Shown piece by piece: positions 12,085-21,974 of a stretch of 33,016 nucleotides of DNA. Made by a program: the position numbers and the translations under genes. Positions within the stretch are counted from its first letter, which is position 1; each line of letters opens with the position of its first letter. Source of the DNA: Chiloscyllium plagiosum. Lineage: Eukaryota. The DNA lies in assembly GCF_004010195.1 (NCBI RefSeq), contig NW_025215378.1, positions 191,751-224,766 of the forward strand. The letters run 5' to 3'. Under the pieces are notes generated by a model that worked only from the letters and a program-made list of their open reading frames with translations, did not search any database and was not told the origin of the DNA.

Positions 12085-12180
12085 TTCATTTTCTCTCCAC
12101 AGATGCTGCCGGACCTGCTGAGTTTTACCAGAAATTTCTGTTTCTGTTTCAGATCTCCTGCATGTGTAGTTCTTTGTTTC
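12085..12180 (+). mobile_element. Old Penelope family A-related pLTR 3' part
   Basis: gatgctgccggacctgctgagttttaccag...cagatctcctgcat aligns with family A pLTR (gatgctgcctgacctgctgtgc...ccagc...gatctccagcatc). Confidence 0.65.
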
Positions 12181-12261
12181 ATTTCTGATTTGAGATCGTA
12201 GTTTAGCTGAGTTTCCTCCCTAAATAACGCCATCGAAAACCACAATTATTTGGTACTTTCA

Positions 12262-12410
12262 ATGTTTGTGGCCCCCTACTGTGTGAAAATTGGCTGCTGC
12301 ATTTGTCTAGAAAACCAACAATGTACTTCAGAACAGAATCTATTGCTTGTCAAGTGCTTAGAGATGCCATGAGGACATGCTGAGGTGCTTCATAAATGCA
12401 GACCTTTCTT
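12262..12410 (+). mobile_element. Deu-SINE 3' fragment
   Basis: tgtttgtgg...aaattggctgctgcattt...tacttca...gtgctt...ataaatgcagacctttctt. Confidence 0.6.
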
Positions 12411-12715
12411 GGCAACTGGAAGGTCACGTTACACAGCTCTGCACATCTCATTCAGCTGCTCATTCTGAGTTCAATAATGAAAGGATGATCACTTGGGTTT
12501 TTACTGCAAATTGATCCCCATTTTCTTAAATAATGAGGATCATTGCTTTCAATCTTGAGGTAAAGAAATGCAATGTTGAGCTTTGAAACTTATAATATAG
12601 AACCCCATTAAGTTCAAATTCATTGTAGGTGGCTTACATCACAGTAGATGTCTCATCTTCCACTTTCCTGCAGATATTATATTGGCTTCCAGTGATCAGC
12701 ACATTTCATAAATTA

Positions 12716-13520
12716 CGTGTGTGTGTGTATCTGTGTCCATGGGTCTCTGTGTATGTCTATATGTATGTATTTGTGTGTGTGTGCATGTGTATGTATGTGT
12801 CTCTCCGTGTGTATGGATAAGCGTGCATGTGTGTGTGTGTCTGTATCTCTGTATGAGTGTGTCTGTATCTGTGCGTGTATGTGTGTGTGTCTGTGTGCGC
12901 ACGTGTGTTTGTGTGTGCGTGTGCATGTCTGTGTGTGTGTGTCTGTATCTCTGTATGAGCGTGTCTGTATCTGTGCATGTATGTGTGTGTGTGTCTGTGT
13001 GTGTCTGTATCTCTGTGTGAGTGTGTCTGTATCTGCGTGTGTGTGCGCACAAGTGTTTGTGTGTGAGTGTGTGTGTGTCTGTATGTATCTGTGCATGTAT
13101 GTATCTGTGCGTGTGTGTCTGTGTTTGTGTCTGTATGTGTATATATATATATCGGGGTGTGTGTACCTGTGTGTGTGTATCTCCATCTCTGTATACGTAT
13201 CTGTGTGTGTATCTGTGTATGTATATGTATCTATATATCTCTGTATCTGTGGGTGTGTGTGTGTATATCTGTGTCTGTATGTGTATATATATATATCGGG
13301 GTGTGTGTACCTGTGTGTGTGTATCTCCATCTCTGTATACGTATCTGTGTGTGTATCTGTGTATGTATATGTATCTATATATCTCTGTATCTGTGGGTGT
13401 GTGTGTGTATATCTGTGTCTGTATGTGTATATATATATATATATTGGGATGTGTGTGTGTGTACCTGTGTGTGTGCATCTCCATCTGTGTGTGAGTGTCT
13501 GTGTGTGTATCTGTGTATGT
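12716..13520. repeat. Compound (TG)n/(TA)n microsatellite containing a 144-bp higher-order duplication
   Basis: TG/TA/TC-rich tract; the marker CGGGG occurs at 13153 and 13297 (period 144). Confidence 0.95.
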
Positions 13521-13956
13521 ATATAATAGTGTTATAAAGATGTTAGAGTTGTACGCTGATGTTCCATAATTGTTTATCTGTAGTGTGTCTGTGTGTGTGT
13601 GTCTGTGTGTGTATCTGTGTGTGTATATAATAGTGTTATAAAGGTGTTAGAGTTGTACGCTGATGTTCCATAATTGTTTATCTGTAGTGTGTCTGTGTGT
13701 GTGTATCTGTGTGTATATAATAGTGTTATAAAGGTGTTAGAGTTGTACGCAAATGTTCCATAATTGCTTATCTGTAGTGTGTGTCTGTGTATATAATAGC
13801 ATTATAAAGGTGTTAGAGTTGTACGCTGATGTTCCATAATTGTTTATCTGTAGTGTGTCTGTGTGTGTGTGTCTGTGTGTCTATCTGTGTGTATATAATA
13901 GTGTTATAAAGATGTTAGAGTTGTACGCTGATGATCCATAATTGTTTATCTGTAGT
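13521..13956. repeat. Minisatellite: five copies of a 64-bp core separated by TG-rich spacers
   Basis: Core ATATAATAGTGTTATAAAG(A/G)TGTTAGAGTTGTACGCTGATGTTCCATAATTGTTTATCTGTAGT at 13521, 13625, 13715, 13791 and 13893; spacers 40, 26, 12 and 38 bp. Confidence 0.95.
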
Positions 13957-14249
13957 TAGAAGCTATTTCTTTGTTCCAAACAGTAATTCTTGTGAAGTAC
14001 AGAAACCGATACAGGCTTTCTGGGTGTAAAGGAGAGGGAAATCAGGGAATTCTGCATACTTTTATAACAGCTTTAACCTTTGTGAAGACTCTGAGAATAG
14101 CAGCAATTAACTTTCAGTACACTGCCCCAGTGCGTCATGGCAGTATCCACCCAGTATCACATGCCTCAAATATTAAATGTGTTCTCTTGTTCTTATATCA
14201 TCAGCTAACGTCTACTGTGTATGAGCCTGTCCCAATATGTACACCATGA

Positions 14250-14560
14250 TCTAACCTCCCCTCAAACCCCTGTGCTCTAGGATGAACAGAACCGAGTTCA
14301 GTAACACAACCGTGCAATGAAAATCTCCCCAAACCTAGAAACGTTTCAGCAGGTCTCCTCCATGTCCTTCAAATCCCAAATCGTGTTGGCCAGAGTTGGA
14401 TACCAATGCTCTAGTTGTAATCTAAAGTTTCGATATAAGTTCTCTACTTTTGTATTCAAATGTCTATTTATGAAGCTCAATATCTGATGTGCTTTGCTAA
14501 TCATGAGATTATATACTATTACTTTCAAAGATTGATACGTATGAACTGCAGGTATATCTG
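14250..14560 (-). mobile_element. Very old CR1 fragment
   Basis: Minus-strand translation resembles the CR1 C-terminus (AHQILSFINR...LYRNFRLQLEHWYP). Confidence 0.4.
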
Positions 14561-14723
14561 TTCTGGACATCTTTTTGGAATTGTGTTGTTTTGTCTTTAT
14601 TGCTTCTCTCAAAAATCATCACACGCTCCAAACCAAGATCCAAATGCTTAGAATGATTCATGTTTCACCAATTTATTTGCATTTTCTGAAGAGTAACATT
14701 CATTGCGGATAAAGGAGAGTGTG

Positions 14724-14872
14724 ATATCACCCACTTAACAGACCGAGACACATAAATAGAAAGTGGGACAGAACACCAGCGCTTCACCAAAGGCTCACTG
14801 ATGATGTTACCCAGCATTGTGACGAAACATCTGAGAACAAACCGACCAGCTCAGCGAGCACCTTACAACCTG
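14724..14872 (+). mobile_element. Penelope family C pLTR fragment with target-site duplication
   Basis: Homologous to the minus strand of 9600-9760. Flanked by AAAGG(A/G)GAGTGTG at 14711-14723 and 14873-14885. Confidence 0.8.
14794..14835 (+). ncRNA. Minimal type I hammerhead ribozyme, family C
   Basis: CUCA-CUGAUGA-U-GUUAC-CCAGCAUU-GUGAC-GAAA-CA-UC-UGAG. Helix I is CUCA/UGAG and helix II is 5 bp; the helix III palindrome ACGU appears changed to ACAU. Confidence 0.75.
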
Positions 14873-14885
14873 AAAGGGGAGTGTG

Positions 14886-15020
14886 CAGAGAAACCTCGAT
14901 TATCCGAAGGACACGGGCAGGGAGTATTTTGTTTGGTTAATCGAATGCTGGTTAGCCAAGTATCGGAACCTTGCGATCTTGTTTGGATAATCGGAAATTC
15001 AGTTAATCGATGTTCCTCTG
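14886..15020. mobile_element. Tc1/mariner-pogo (Tigger-like) MITE, 135 bp
   Basis: Terminal inverted repeats CAGAGAAACCTCGATTATCCGAA and TTCAGTTAATCGATGTTCCTCTG. TA on the right, TG on the left. Internal gataatcg/gttaatcg subrepeats. Confidence 0.75.
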
Positions 15021-15514
15021 TACTTGGATTTTCAGAAAGCATTTGATAAGGTGCAGCATTGCAAGGACATTGAGGATGTTGGTTGGATAGAAGATTGGCT
15101 GGTTGGCAGAAACAAAGAGAATGCTTAATTGGGTCAATTTCTGAATGTCAGACTGTGATAACACAGTCCCTGCACTGGGGAGTCAACCCTTTACAATTTA
15201 CATCAATGAAGGGTGGGAAAACATGCCAGTTATATTCACAGCTGAGTAGAAACAGGTAGGAAAGTATACCGTGCTCAAGGAATAAGGAGTTTGCAGACAG
15301 ATGTAGACAGGTTGAGTGAAGGAGCTAAAACCTGGCAGATGGAACATAATGAGGGAAAATGTGAAGTTGTTCATTTTCCTAGAAGGAATGAACAAGCAGA
15401 TGATTACCTGTACTTAAACAAAGAGCATAGGAACAGAAACTAAAATACTAGTTAGGAGCAAAAGCAAGCCATTTGGCCCCTTCAGTCTGCTCCACAATTC
15501 AATAAGCTCACCTG

Positions 15515-15578
15515 GTTATGGTGGCAAAGCGGTTAGTACTGCTACCTCACAACACCAGGGACCCAGGTTCAATTCCAG
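15515..15578 (+). mobile_element. HE1 SINE tRNA-like head
   Basis: ggtggcaaagcggttagtactgctacctcacaacaccagggacccaggttcaattcc (A and B boxes). Confidence 0.75.
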
Positions 15579-15820
15579 CATGGAAGCAGGCTATTCAGCC
15601 CATCGTGTCCATGATCTGCCATAGGTTGTCCCACCTAGACCCACCCCACAATCTGCATTTCCCATGGCTAATCCACCACAGCCTGCACATCTTTGGACTG
15701 CAGAAGGAAACCCACACAGGCATAGTGAGAATGTGCAACCTCCACACAGACAGTCACCCAAGGGTGGAATTGAACCCAGATCCCTAGCACTGTGAGGCTA
15801 CAGTGCTAACCACTGAACCG
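15579..15820 (-). mobile_element. HE1/V-SINE with internal deletions
   Basis: gcacatctttggactg...gaatgtgcaacctccacacagacagtcacccaagggtggaattgaaccc...cagtgctaaccactga. Confidence 0.85.
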
Positions 15821-16014
15821 CATCTTGGGGACATAAAGTGGAATCATTTCTTAGAAAGCACTGTTACATGGAGGTGGTATTAGGATCTCTCTGGGTTCAG
15901 GATCTCACTCCTCACCTGTAATTATCTTTGAACTGATTATAGTAAACGCCCAGAGTTGGGAAACCCCTCCAGGGACTGTCCATGTACTTAAACAAAATTA
16001 CTGCCGGGCACTCA

Positions 16015-16180
16015 AGATGTGGAGGTGGTGGTGTTGGACTGGGGTAGACAAGATCAGAAGTGACTTCCCCTGTTGAAGGGGCAGGGCTCGAAAGTTGTGA
16101 TTTCAAATAAACCTGTTAGACTATAACCTGGTGAGTATGTAAGTTAGCTCGCTGACCTGGTGTCATGTGACTTCTGACCT
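16015..16180. mobile_element. Penelope family B fold-back remnant with decayed hammerhead
   Basis: Antisense 3' end (ggtgttggactgggg...tcagaagtgac), then sense ctgttgaaggggcagggctcgaaag...taaacctgttagactataacctggtg...gtgacttctga. Confidence 0.65.
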
Positions 16181-16199
16181 GGTCATTCAAGCATGTTCC

Positions 16200-16372
16200 T
16201 CTGTAAAGGCTGGGTCATTAACGATGTTCAAAACTGAGATAGAGTTTTAATCAGTAAAGGAATCGAGGGTTATGAGACTAAAGCAAGAAAATGGAGTCGA
16301 GGATTCCCAGATCAAATCATTGAATGGCGAAGCAGACTAGAGGGGCTGAGTGGTCTACTTCTGCCCCTGTGT
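16200..16372 (+). mobile_element. CR1 3' tail
   Basis: gctgagatagag...agtaaaggaatcgagggttatg...tgaatggcgaagcagactagaggggctgagtggtctacttctgc. Confidence 0.75.
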
Positions 16373-16390
16373 CTTTGCATAGCCAGGAAC

Positions 16391-16690
16391 AAAAAAACTT
16401 GCATTCATATAGCACTTTTCATAAACCCAGGACACCATCAAGTGCTTTATAATGAAAATGAACCTTTTGAAGTCGAGCCCCCGCCCCATAAGGAAGTAGG
16501 AAGTGTGAAATCTGAGCACAGCATGATCCCACAAACAGGAATGAGATGATGACTAATTTTTCCTCAAAAGGTGTTGGTGGGGATTTAGACGTTGGCTCCA
16601 AGCTACAAGGGGATAGCAACCTTGGGACGTTCCTTGATGCAGAGATACAGGGCCCACCTGAGAGAGTGGAGGGGACTCTCCATTTCAAGT
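16391..16690 (-). mobile_element. Deu-domain SINE
   Basis: aaacttgcattcatatagcacttttca...aagtgcttta...gcacagcatgatcccacaaacag...ccacctgagagag is the antisense of the Deu-SINE layout. Confidence 0.65.
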
Positions 16691-16702
16691 CTCCTTGTGT
16701 CT

Positions 16703-17140
16703 TAGAGGTTCATATTGTGCAAACAGGCCCTTCAGCCCTTCCTGCCCATGCCACCCAGTTTGCACAATGTATCTTGTCCCATTTGCCTGTGTTTGGTCCT
16801 TATCCTTCCATACCTATCCCATCCATGTACCTGTCCAAATGTTTCTTAAATGACAAAACTGTACTCGCCTCCACCACTACCTCTGACAGCCCCTTCCAGA
16901 CACTCACCACCCTCAGTGTGAAACATTCGCCCCTCTGGACCCTTTTACATCTCTCCCCTCTCACCTTAAACCTATGCCTTCTAGTTTAGACTCCCCTACC
17001 CTGGGGAAAAGCTGTTGGCTATCTACCTTATCTGTGCCTCCCATGATTGTATCGACCTCTATAAGGTCACCCTCAGTCTGTTACACTCCAGAGAAAGAAA
17101 TCTCAGCCAATCCAGCCTCTCCTTACACCTCAAACCTTGG
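16703..17140 (-). mobile_element. CR1 3' fragment
   Basis: aaacaggcccttcagccc...cctctcaccttaaacctatgcc...ctctataaggtcaccc...tccagagaaa. Confidence 0.88.
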
Positions 17141-17210
17141 ATAGAGCACCAGGCCTCGGAAACACCAGCTGGGAGTTCTGTTTCCAGAGTCTGACTTGAA
17201 TCAATGACTT

Positions 17211-18320
17211 AGAACATAGAACATAGAAAAGTACAGCACAGAACAGGCCCTTTGGCCCACAATGTTGTGCCAAGATTTAATCCTAATTAAAATATAGTAA
17301 CAACTTACGCACCCTTCAACTCACTGCTCTCCATGTGCATGTCCAGCAGTCGCTTAAATCTCCCCAATGACTCTGCTTCCAGCACCACAGCCAGCAACGC
17401 ATTCCATACATTCACAACTCTCTGCATAAAGAACCTACCTCTGATATCAGCCTCCTTTATACCTTCCTCCTAATATCTTCAAACTATGACTTCTCGTACC
17501 AGTCAATCCTGCCCTGGGGAAAAGTCTCTGTCTATTGACTCTATCTATTCCTCTCATTATTTTGTATACCTCGATCAGGTCTCCTCTCTTCCTCTGTCTC
17601 TCCAGAGAGAAAAGTCTGAGCTTAGTCAACCTTTCTTTATAAGACAAGCCCTCCAGTCCAGGCAGCATCCTGGTAAACCTTCTTTGCACCCTCTCCAAAG
17701 CCTCTGTATCTTTCTTATATTAGGGTGACCAAAACTGGACACAATATTCCAAGTGTGGTCTCACCAGGGACTTCTGGAGTTGCAGCAAAACCTCACGGCT
17801 CTTAAACTCGATCCCCCGTTAATGAAAGCCAAAACACCATATGCTTTCTTAACAACCCTATCCACTTGGGTGGCAACTTTGAGGGATCTATGTACTTGCA
17901 CACCCAGATCCCTCTGTTCCTCCACACTACCAAGAATCCTGTCTTTAATCCTATATTCAGCATTCGAGTTCGACCTTCCAAAATGCATCACTTCGCATTT
18001 ATCCAGGTTGAACTCCATCTGCCATTTCTCAGCCCAGCTCTGCATCCTGTCGATGTCGCTCTGCAGCCTACAATAGCCCTCTATACTATCGACAACACCT
18101 CCAACCTTTGTGTCACCTGCAAATTTATGAACCCATACCTCAACCTCCTCATCCAAGTCATTTATAAAAACTACAAAGAGCAGAGGCCCAAGAACAGAGC
18201 CCTGCGGGACACCACTCAACACCGACCTCCAGGCAGAATACTTTCCATCTACAACCATTTTCTGCCTTCTGTCAGCCAGCCAGTTCTGAATCCAGCTAGC
18301 CAAATCTCCCTGTATCCCAT
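17211..18320 (-). mobile_element. CR1 LINE RT to 3' UTR fragment (pseudogene)
   Basis: ORF 17761-18303: WIQNWLADRRQ...SGVPQGSVLGPLLFVVFINDLD...KFAGDTK...WAEKWQMEFN. ORF 17447-17698 continues it. Tail is agaacat repeats. Confidence 0.95.
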
Positions 18321-18751
18321 AATTCCTGACTTCTGGAATTTGAGATGAGAATGTGTGTGTGAGGAAGAGAGAGAGAGAATTATCTGCTGAGCTGTGGTTG
18401 AGAAGATGGAGAGGAACAGTTTAATGATTTTCTTTCACATTCCTTTATAGTAGTGCCAGAAGTCGGTCTTGACATAGATCGCAGGAATAAATCCAGATTC
18501 AAAGACAGTAATCAAAGTCTGAAGACAGAGAATCGATCTTTGCAATGTAAATGGGCATCTCATTGTGTGATTCTATCAGACAGCTCCAAATGTATCCTCC
18601 CTTTCGTAGTTAATAACACTGAAAAATGCATCTGAAATACGTCTTTAGCACCAAAAGATATTCATTCATCAGAATTTCTGACCTTTATCTGAGTAACCCT
18701 AGGGCAGAGCAAGTCAAATATTAGCCCCTACTGAGAGAAATCTTTACTCTT

Positions 18752-18890
18752 GCAACAACAACAACTTATATTCATGTAGCTCCGTTCATGCATGCAACTG
18801 TCCCACAGTATTTCACAGGAGTGACTTCGAGCAGAATTTGTTATTAAATTATGCAACGTGTTATGAGGCTAGATGAACAAAGTTTGATGG
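18752..18890 (-). mobile_element. L2-like 3' end
   Basis: caacaacaacaacttatattcatgtagc...tgtcccacagtatttcacaggagtg resembles the antisense L2 tail also used by Deu-SINEs. Confidence 0.45.
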
Positions 18891-19640
18891 AGACTCAGCA
18901 GGAATGTTCCTGGGCTGGAGAAATTCAGCAATGATAGATCGGCTGGAGCAGGGAATACTTGGTGAGGTGGGGGGTGGGATCTGATTGAAATGCCCAAAGT
19001 TCAGGGGGGTATAGACAGGGTAGATAGAGAGAAACCTTTATCCTCAGTCGAGGTGTCAATAACCCAGGGGCACATGTTTAAGGTAAGGAGCAGGAGGTTT
19101 CGAGGGGATTTGAGGAGCTTGAGTATCTGAATACTTGGAATATTGTGTACAGTTCTGGTCCCCATATTTCGGGAAGGATGTGGAAGCATTGGAAAAGGTG
19201 CAGAGGAGATTTACCAGGATGTTGCCTGGTCTGGAGGGAAGATCTTATAGGAGTCTCCTGCTTGCCCACTTCTATCCTGATCTTCCCAACATGAATTGGA
19301 AATTAGGAGGTGGCTAGATGTATCACTTGGATAAACTGGCACATGGATGATTTTGGGATAGTGTAGGGGGACGAGCTGAGAATAGTTCACAGGTCAGCGC
19401 AATATCGAGGCCCAAAGGGCCTGTTCTGCGCTGTATTGCTCTATGTTCTATCTGGAACACACTGCCTGAAAGGTGAGTAGAGGCAGGAACCTCTCCAAAC
19501 GTCTAAGATGTATTTTGTTAAACACTTGAAACCTCGGAGCACACAAAGTTCTGGGCCAAGTGCTGTGAAATAGGATCAAAATAGATAGATGTTTGAGAAT
19601 GAGGGTGAACAAGATGGGCCAAAGGGCCTCTTTCTTTATG
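18891..19640 (+). mobile_element. Old CR1 3' fragment with a nested younger CR1 piece (about 19131-19450)
   Basis: Outer copy ggggtatagacagggtagatagagagaaac... resumes at ctggaacacactgcctgaaag (19452). The inner piece closely matches 7424-7530 and 7828-7940. Confidence 0.8.
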
Positions 19641-20395
19641 GATCAATGAGTGTCTTAAAGGAGGAAGAGGGAGGGAGATTACAGGTCTTGCAGCCTCACT
19701 GATAGTGGAAGAAATTGACAGTGTGATAGAGAATGCCCTAAATCTCTCATTTATCTACTCTTCCTGTTAACGCTGCTCACATTCCAAATTCATTGCTGGT
19801 AAACCCAAACGAATTTAATGAGTGGCCCTTGAAGGTTCAATTTCTATTTCAGGATTAAGTTGCAGGGTTTGCTTGCAGACCCTGGGTTTTTGCAGCTACC
19901 TGTAATGACATTTTTGCACAAAATACATCTTTATTCCTGTTCATGCTGAGTTTCACATGTAAACCACACAGCTTCCTAGCGCAGTTTGGGGTAAATGTAC
20001 CAAAACAGATCTCTTGCTTACTCTTGGTGATGGGAAGTGGGGGGGAGGGGGTGGGGGGTGTCAGGGAGGGAAGAGGTAGTCAAACCGTGGCCCTAGAGGA
20101 AGGACCTGCTCCTTAATACTTGCAGAAGGCCAATGGGCTAACACCTTAATCTTCACAACCATGTCATTTAAACTCTGCCCCTTAGCAAAGAGCACTTCAC
20201 TGTAATTGTCCCCTTACTGTACACTGTAATTAAGGATGTATCACTTCACTCAGCATGACCAAGCTGCCTCGATTACAATGCCTTACTTATCCTGAGGGAA
20301 CATAGGGGAATTTTCTTAAAAAGTAGGAACGCTGCTTTTTACAAAATTATTGCAGTGGAAGGATTTGTAAGGAGCATGCAAAACAAACATTTATT

Positions 20396-20594
20396 GGAGA
20401 TGGTAAGGACTGCAGATGCTGGGAGTCAGAGTTGATAAAAACTGGAGCTGGGATGGCACAGCAGGACAGGCAACATTGATGGAGCAGGAGAATCAATGTT
20501 TCGGGTGGGGACCTTTCATCAGGACTCCCCTGCTCCTCCGATGCTGCCCAACCTGCTGTGCCATTCCAGCTCCACTTTTTATCAACTCTTACAG
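20396..20594. mobile_element. Penelope family A-related fold-back insertion with minus-strand hammerhead remnant
   Basis: Arms agagttgataaaaactggagctgggatggcacagcagg and cctgctgtgccattccagctccactttttatcaactct. Minus strand has CTGATGA...CCCGAAAC (about 20498-20522). CATTTATT flanks at 20388-20395 and 20595-20602. Confidence 0.8.
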
Positions 20595-21066
20595 CATTTA
20601 TTACTTGTTCAGTGGATGGGCCGACCTGTAATTGCTCATCCCTAATTGCCCCAGAGAAGGACATACATCCTAACAGGTAGCAGCTGGCCATCTGGCCTGT
20701 TCCAGGTCATGGCTGCCCTCATTCCCCACCCTCCTCCACACCTCACTTCTCAAGAATCTATCTACCTCTGCCTTCAATGCTCCGAGTCCACCACTTCTTG
20801 AAGAAGAGACTCAGGACCTGCTGAGAGAAGAATGTTCTCCTTGTATTGGCCTGAAATTGTTGATGCCTTATTTTGAAACAGTGATCCCCGAGCTCTACAT
20901 TCTTCCACCAGAGGAAGTATTCTCTCCATAATCCAACCCGTCATCAAGTCACCTCTTACTCTTCTGAAATCCAGTGAGTACGAGCCTAGCCTGTCCAATT
21001 TATAGACAGTTGAAACTTTATTGCTGGAACAGCACAGCAGGTCAGGCAGCATCCAGGGAACAGGAG

Positions 21067-21102
21067 ATTCGACGTTTCGGGCACAGGCCCTTCTTCAGGA
21101 AT
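21067..21102 (-). ncRNA. Mirror copy of the family A hammerhead on the minus strand
   Basis: Follows from the perfect palindrome centred between 21101 and 21102. Confidence 0.8.
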
Positions 21103-21136
21103 TCCTGAAGAAGGGCCTGTGCCCGAAACGTCGAAT
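21101..21136 (+). ncRNA. Minimal type I hammerhead ribozyme, family A (intact core)
   Basis: AUUC-CUGAAGA-A-GGGC-CUGU-GCCC-GAA-ACGU-C/GAAU. Helix I AUUC/GAAU, 4-bp helix II, palindromic ACGU helix III. Predicted GUC cleavage after 21132. Confidence 0.85.
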
Positions 21137-21549
21137 CTCCTGTTCCCTGGATGCTGCCTGACCTGCTGTGCTGTTCCAGCAATAAAGTTTCAACTTTGAT
21201 CTCCAGCATCTGCAGACCTCACTTTCTCCTCAATTTATAGACAACCTACTCATTGCACGATGAGTCTGGTAAACCTTTCCTAAGTTACTTCCAATGCATT
21301 TAGATCCTTTCTTAAACAAGGTGACTAACACTCTGCACCGTATTCCAGATGTGGTTGAGCCAGTGCCCTGTATACCTGCAGCATATAACAGTATTTAATC
21401 CCCCTCAGAATTAATGATAACATCCTGTTAGCTTTCTTAATTCTTTGGTGAACCTGTGTACAAACCTTTTGGGATTCATTCACCAGAACTCCCAGATCTC
21501 CCTGGCTCTCAGAGTTCTGTCATCTCACACCACTTGGAGAAGATATTTC

Positions 21550-21650
21550 CAGATCAGGATGGGGAGGGGCTTGGAGGGCAATTTACAGGGGCTGGTGTTC
21601 CCATGTATCTGCTGCCTTTATCTTTTCCGATGGAAGTGGTTGTGGGTGGG
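21550..21650 (-). mobile_element. LINE-B 3' fragment
   Basis: Reverse complement of 8180-8280 (ggcttggagggcaattt...gtgttcccatgtatctgctgcc...atggaagtggttgtgggt). Confidence 0.8.
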
Positions 21651-21974
21651 TGGTTTCGGTGCAGATCTCTGCGTTATACTGGTCGGTGTGCTAAGCTCAC
21701 TTCTGCCTGTTCTGGTGGATTAAGAGAGTTAGGGAGACCTCACTGGTTTACTAGTTAGCCCTTGCTCCATATAAACCCCAGAAACGGATCAATCTGATCA
21801 TTCCATCAATCTACTGTTTCTGAATCTTCTGTATCGTGTTGTATTGTATTTCCCTCCATTCCAGAGACTACATTTCAAAATGACCTCATTCTGAGTGACT
21901 TTCAGATGTCCTGAAACAGCGCAAGGTATTTTATAAAGACAAGCCTTTTGTTCCCTGGTCTGGGCAGCTAGAGA

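Larger units (their letters stand above)
14655..15415 (+). mobile_element. Old CR1 RT fragment hosting a Penelope pLTR and a MITE
   Basis: tcatgtttcaccaattt...gataaaggagag, resuming tacttggattttcagaaagcatttgataaggtg (YLDFQKAFDKV), then tggcagatgga...aaatgtgaagttgttcattt. Confidence 0.75.
21009..21230. mobile_element. Young Penelope family A fold-back element: perfect 188-bp palindrome, 35-bp 3' tail, 13-bp TSD
   Basis: 21008-21101 is the exact reverse complement of 21102-21195. CAATTTATAGACA at 20996-21008 and 21231-21243. Confidence 0.95.
20670..21540 (-). mobile_element. Old CR1 3' fragment hosting the perfect palindrome
   Basis: Minus translation YKLDRLGSYSLDFRRVRGDL; plus strand tgcaccgtattccagatgtgg is antisense to PHLEY. 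Confidence 0.8.

Noticed and set aside
12696..13537. Long ORFs (157-269 aa) rich in His/Thr or Cys/Val
   Set aside because: Translations of (TG)n/(CA)n microsatellite that lack stops by composition.
13521..13956. CRISPR-like repeat-spacer array
   Set aside because: Spacers are related TG microsatellite rather than unique sequences, repeats are 64 bp, no cas genes are present, and the context is vertebrate.
21008..21195. DNA-transposon MITE or pre-miRNA
   Set aside because: Asymmetric 35-bp tail, long variable TSDs, and homology to the pLTR of GIY-YIG-encoding elements indicate Penelope origin.
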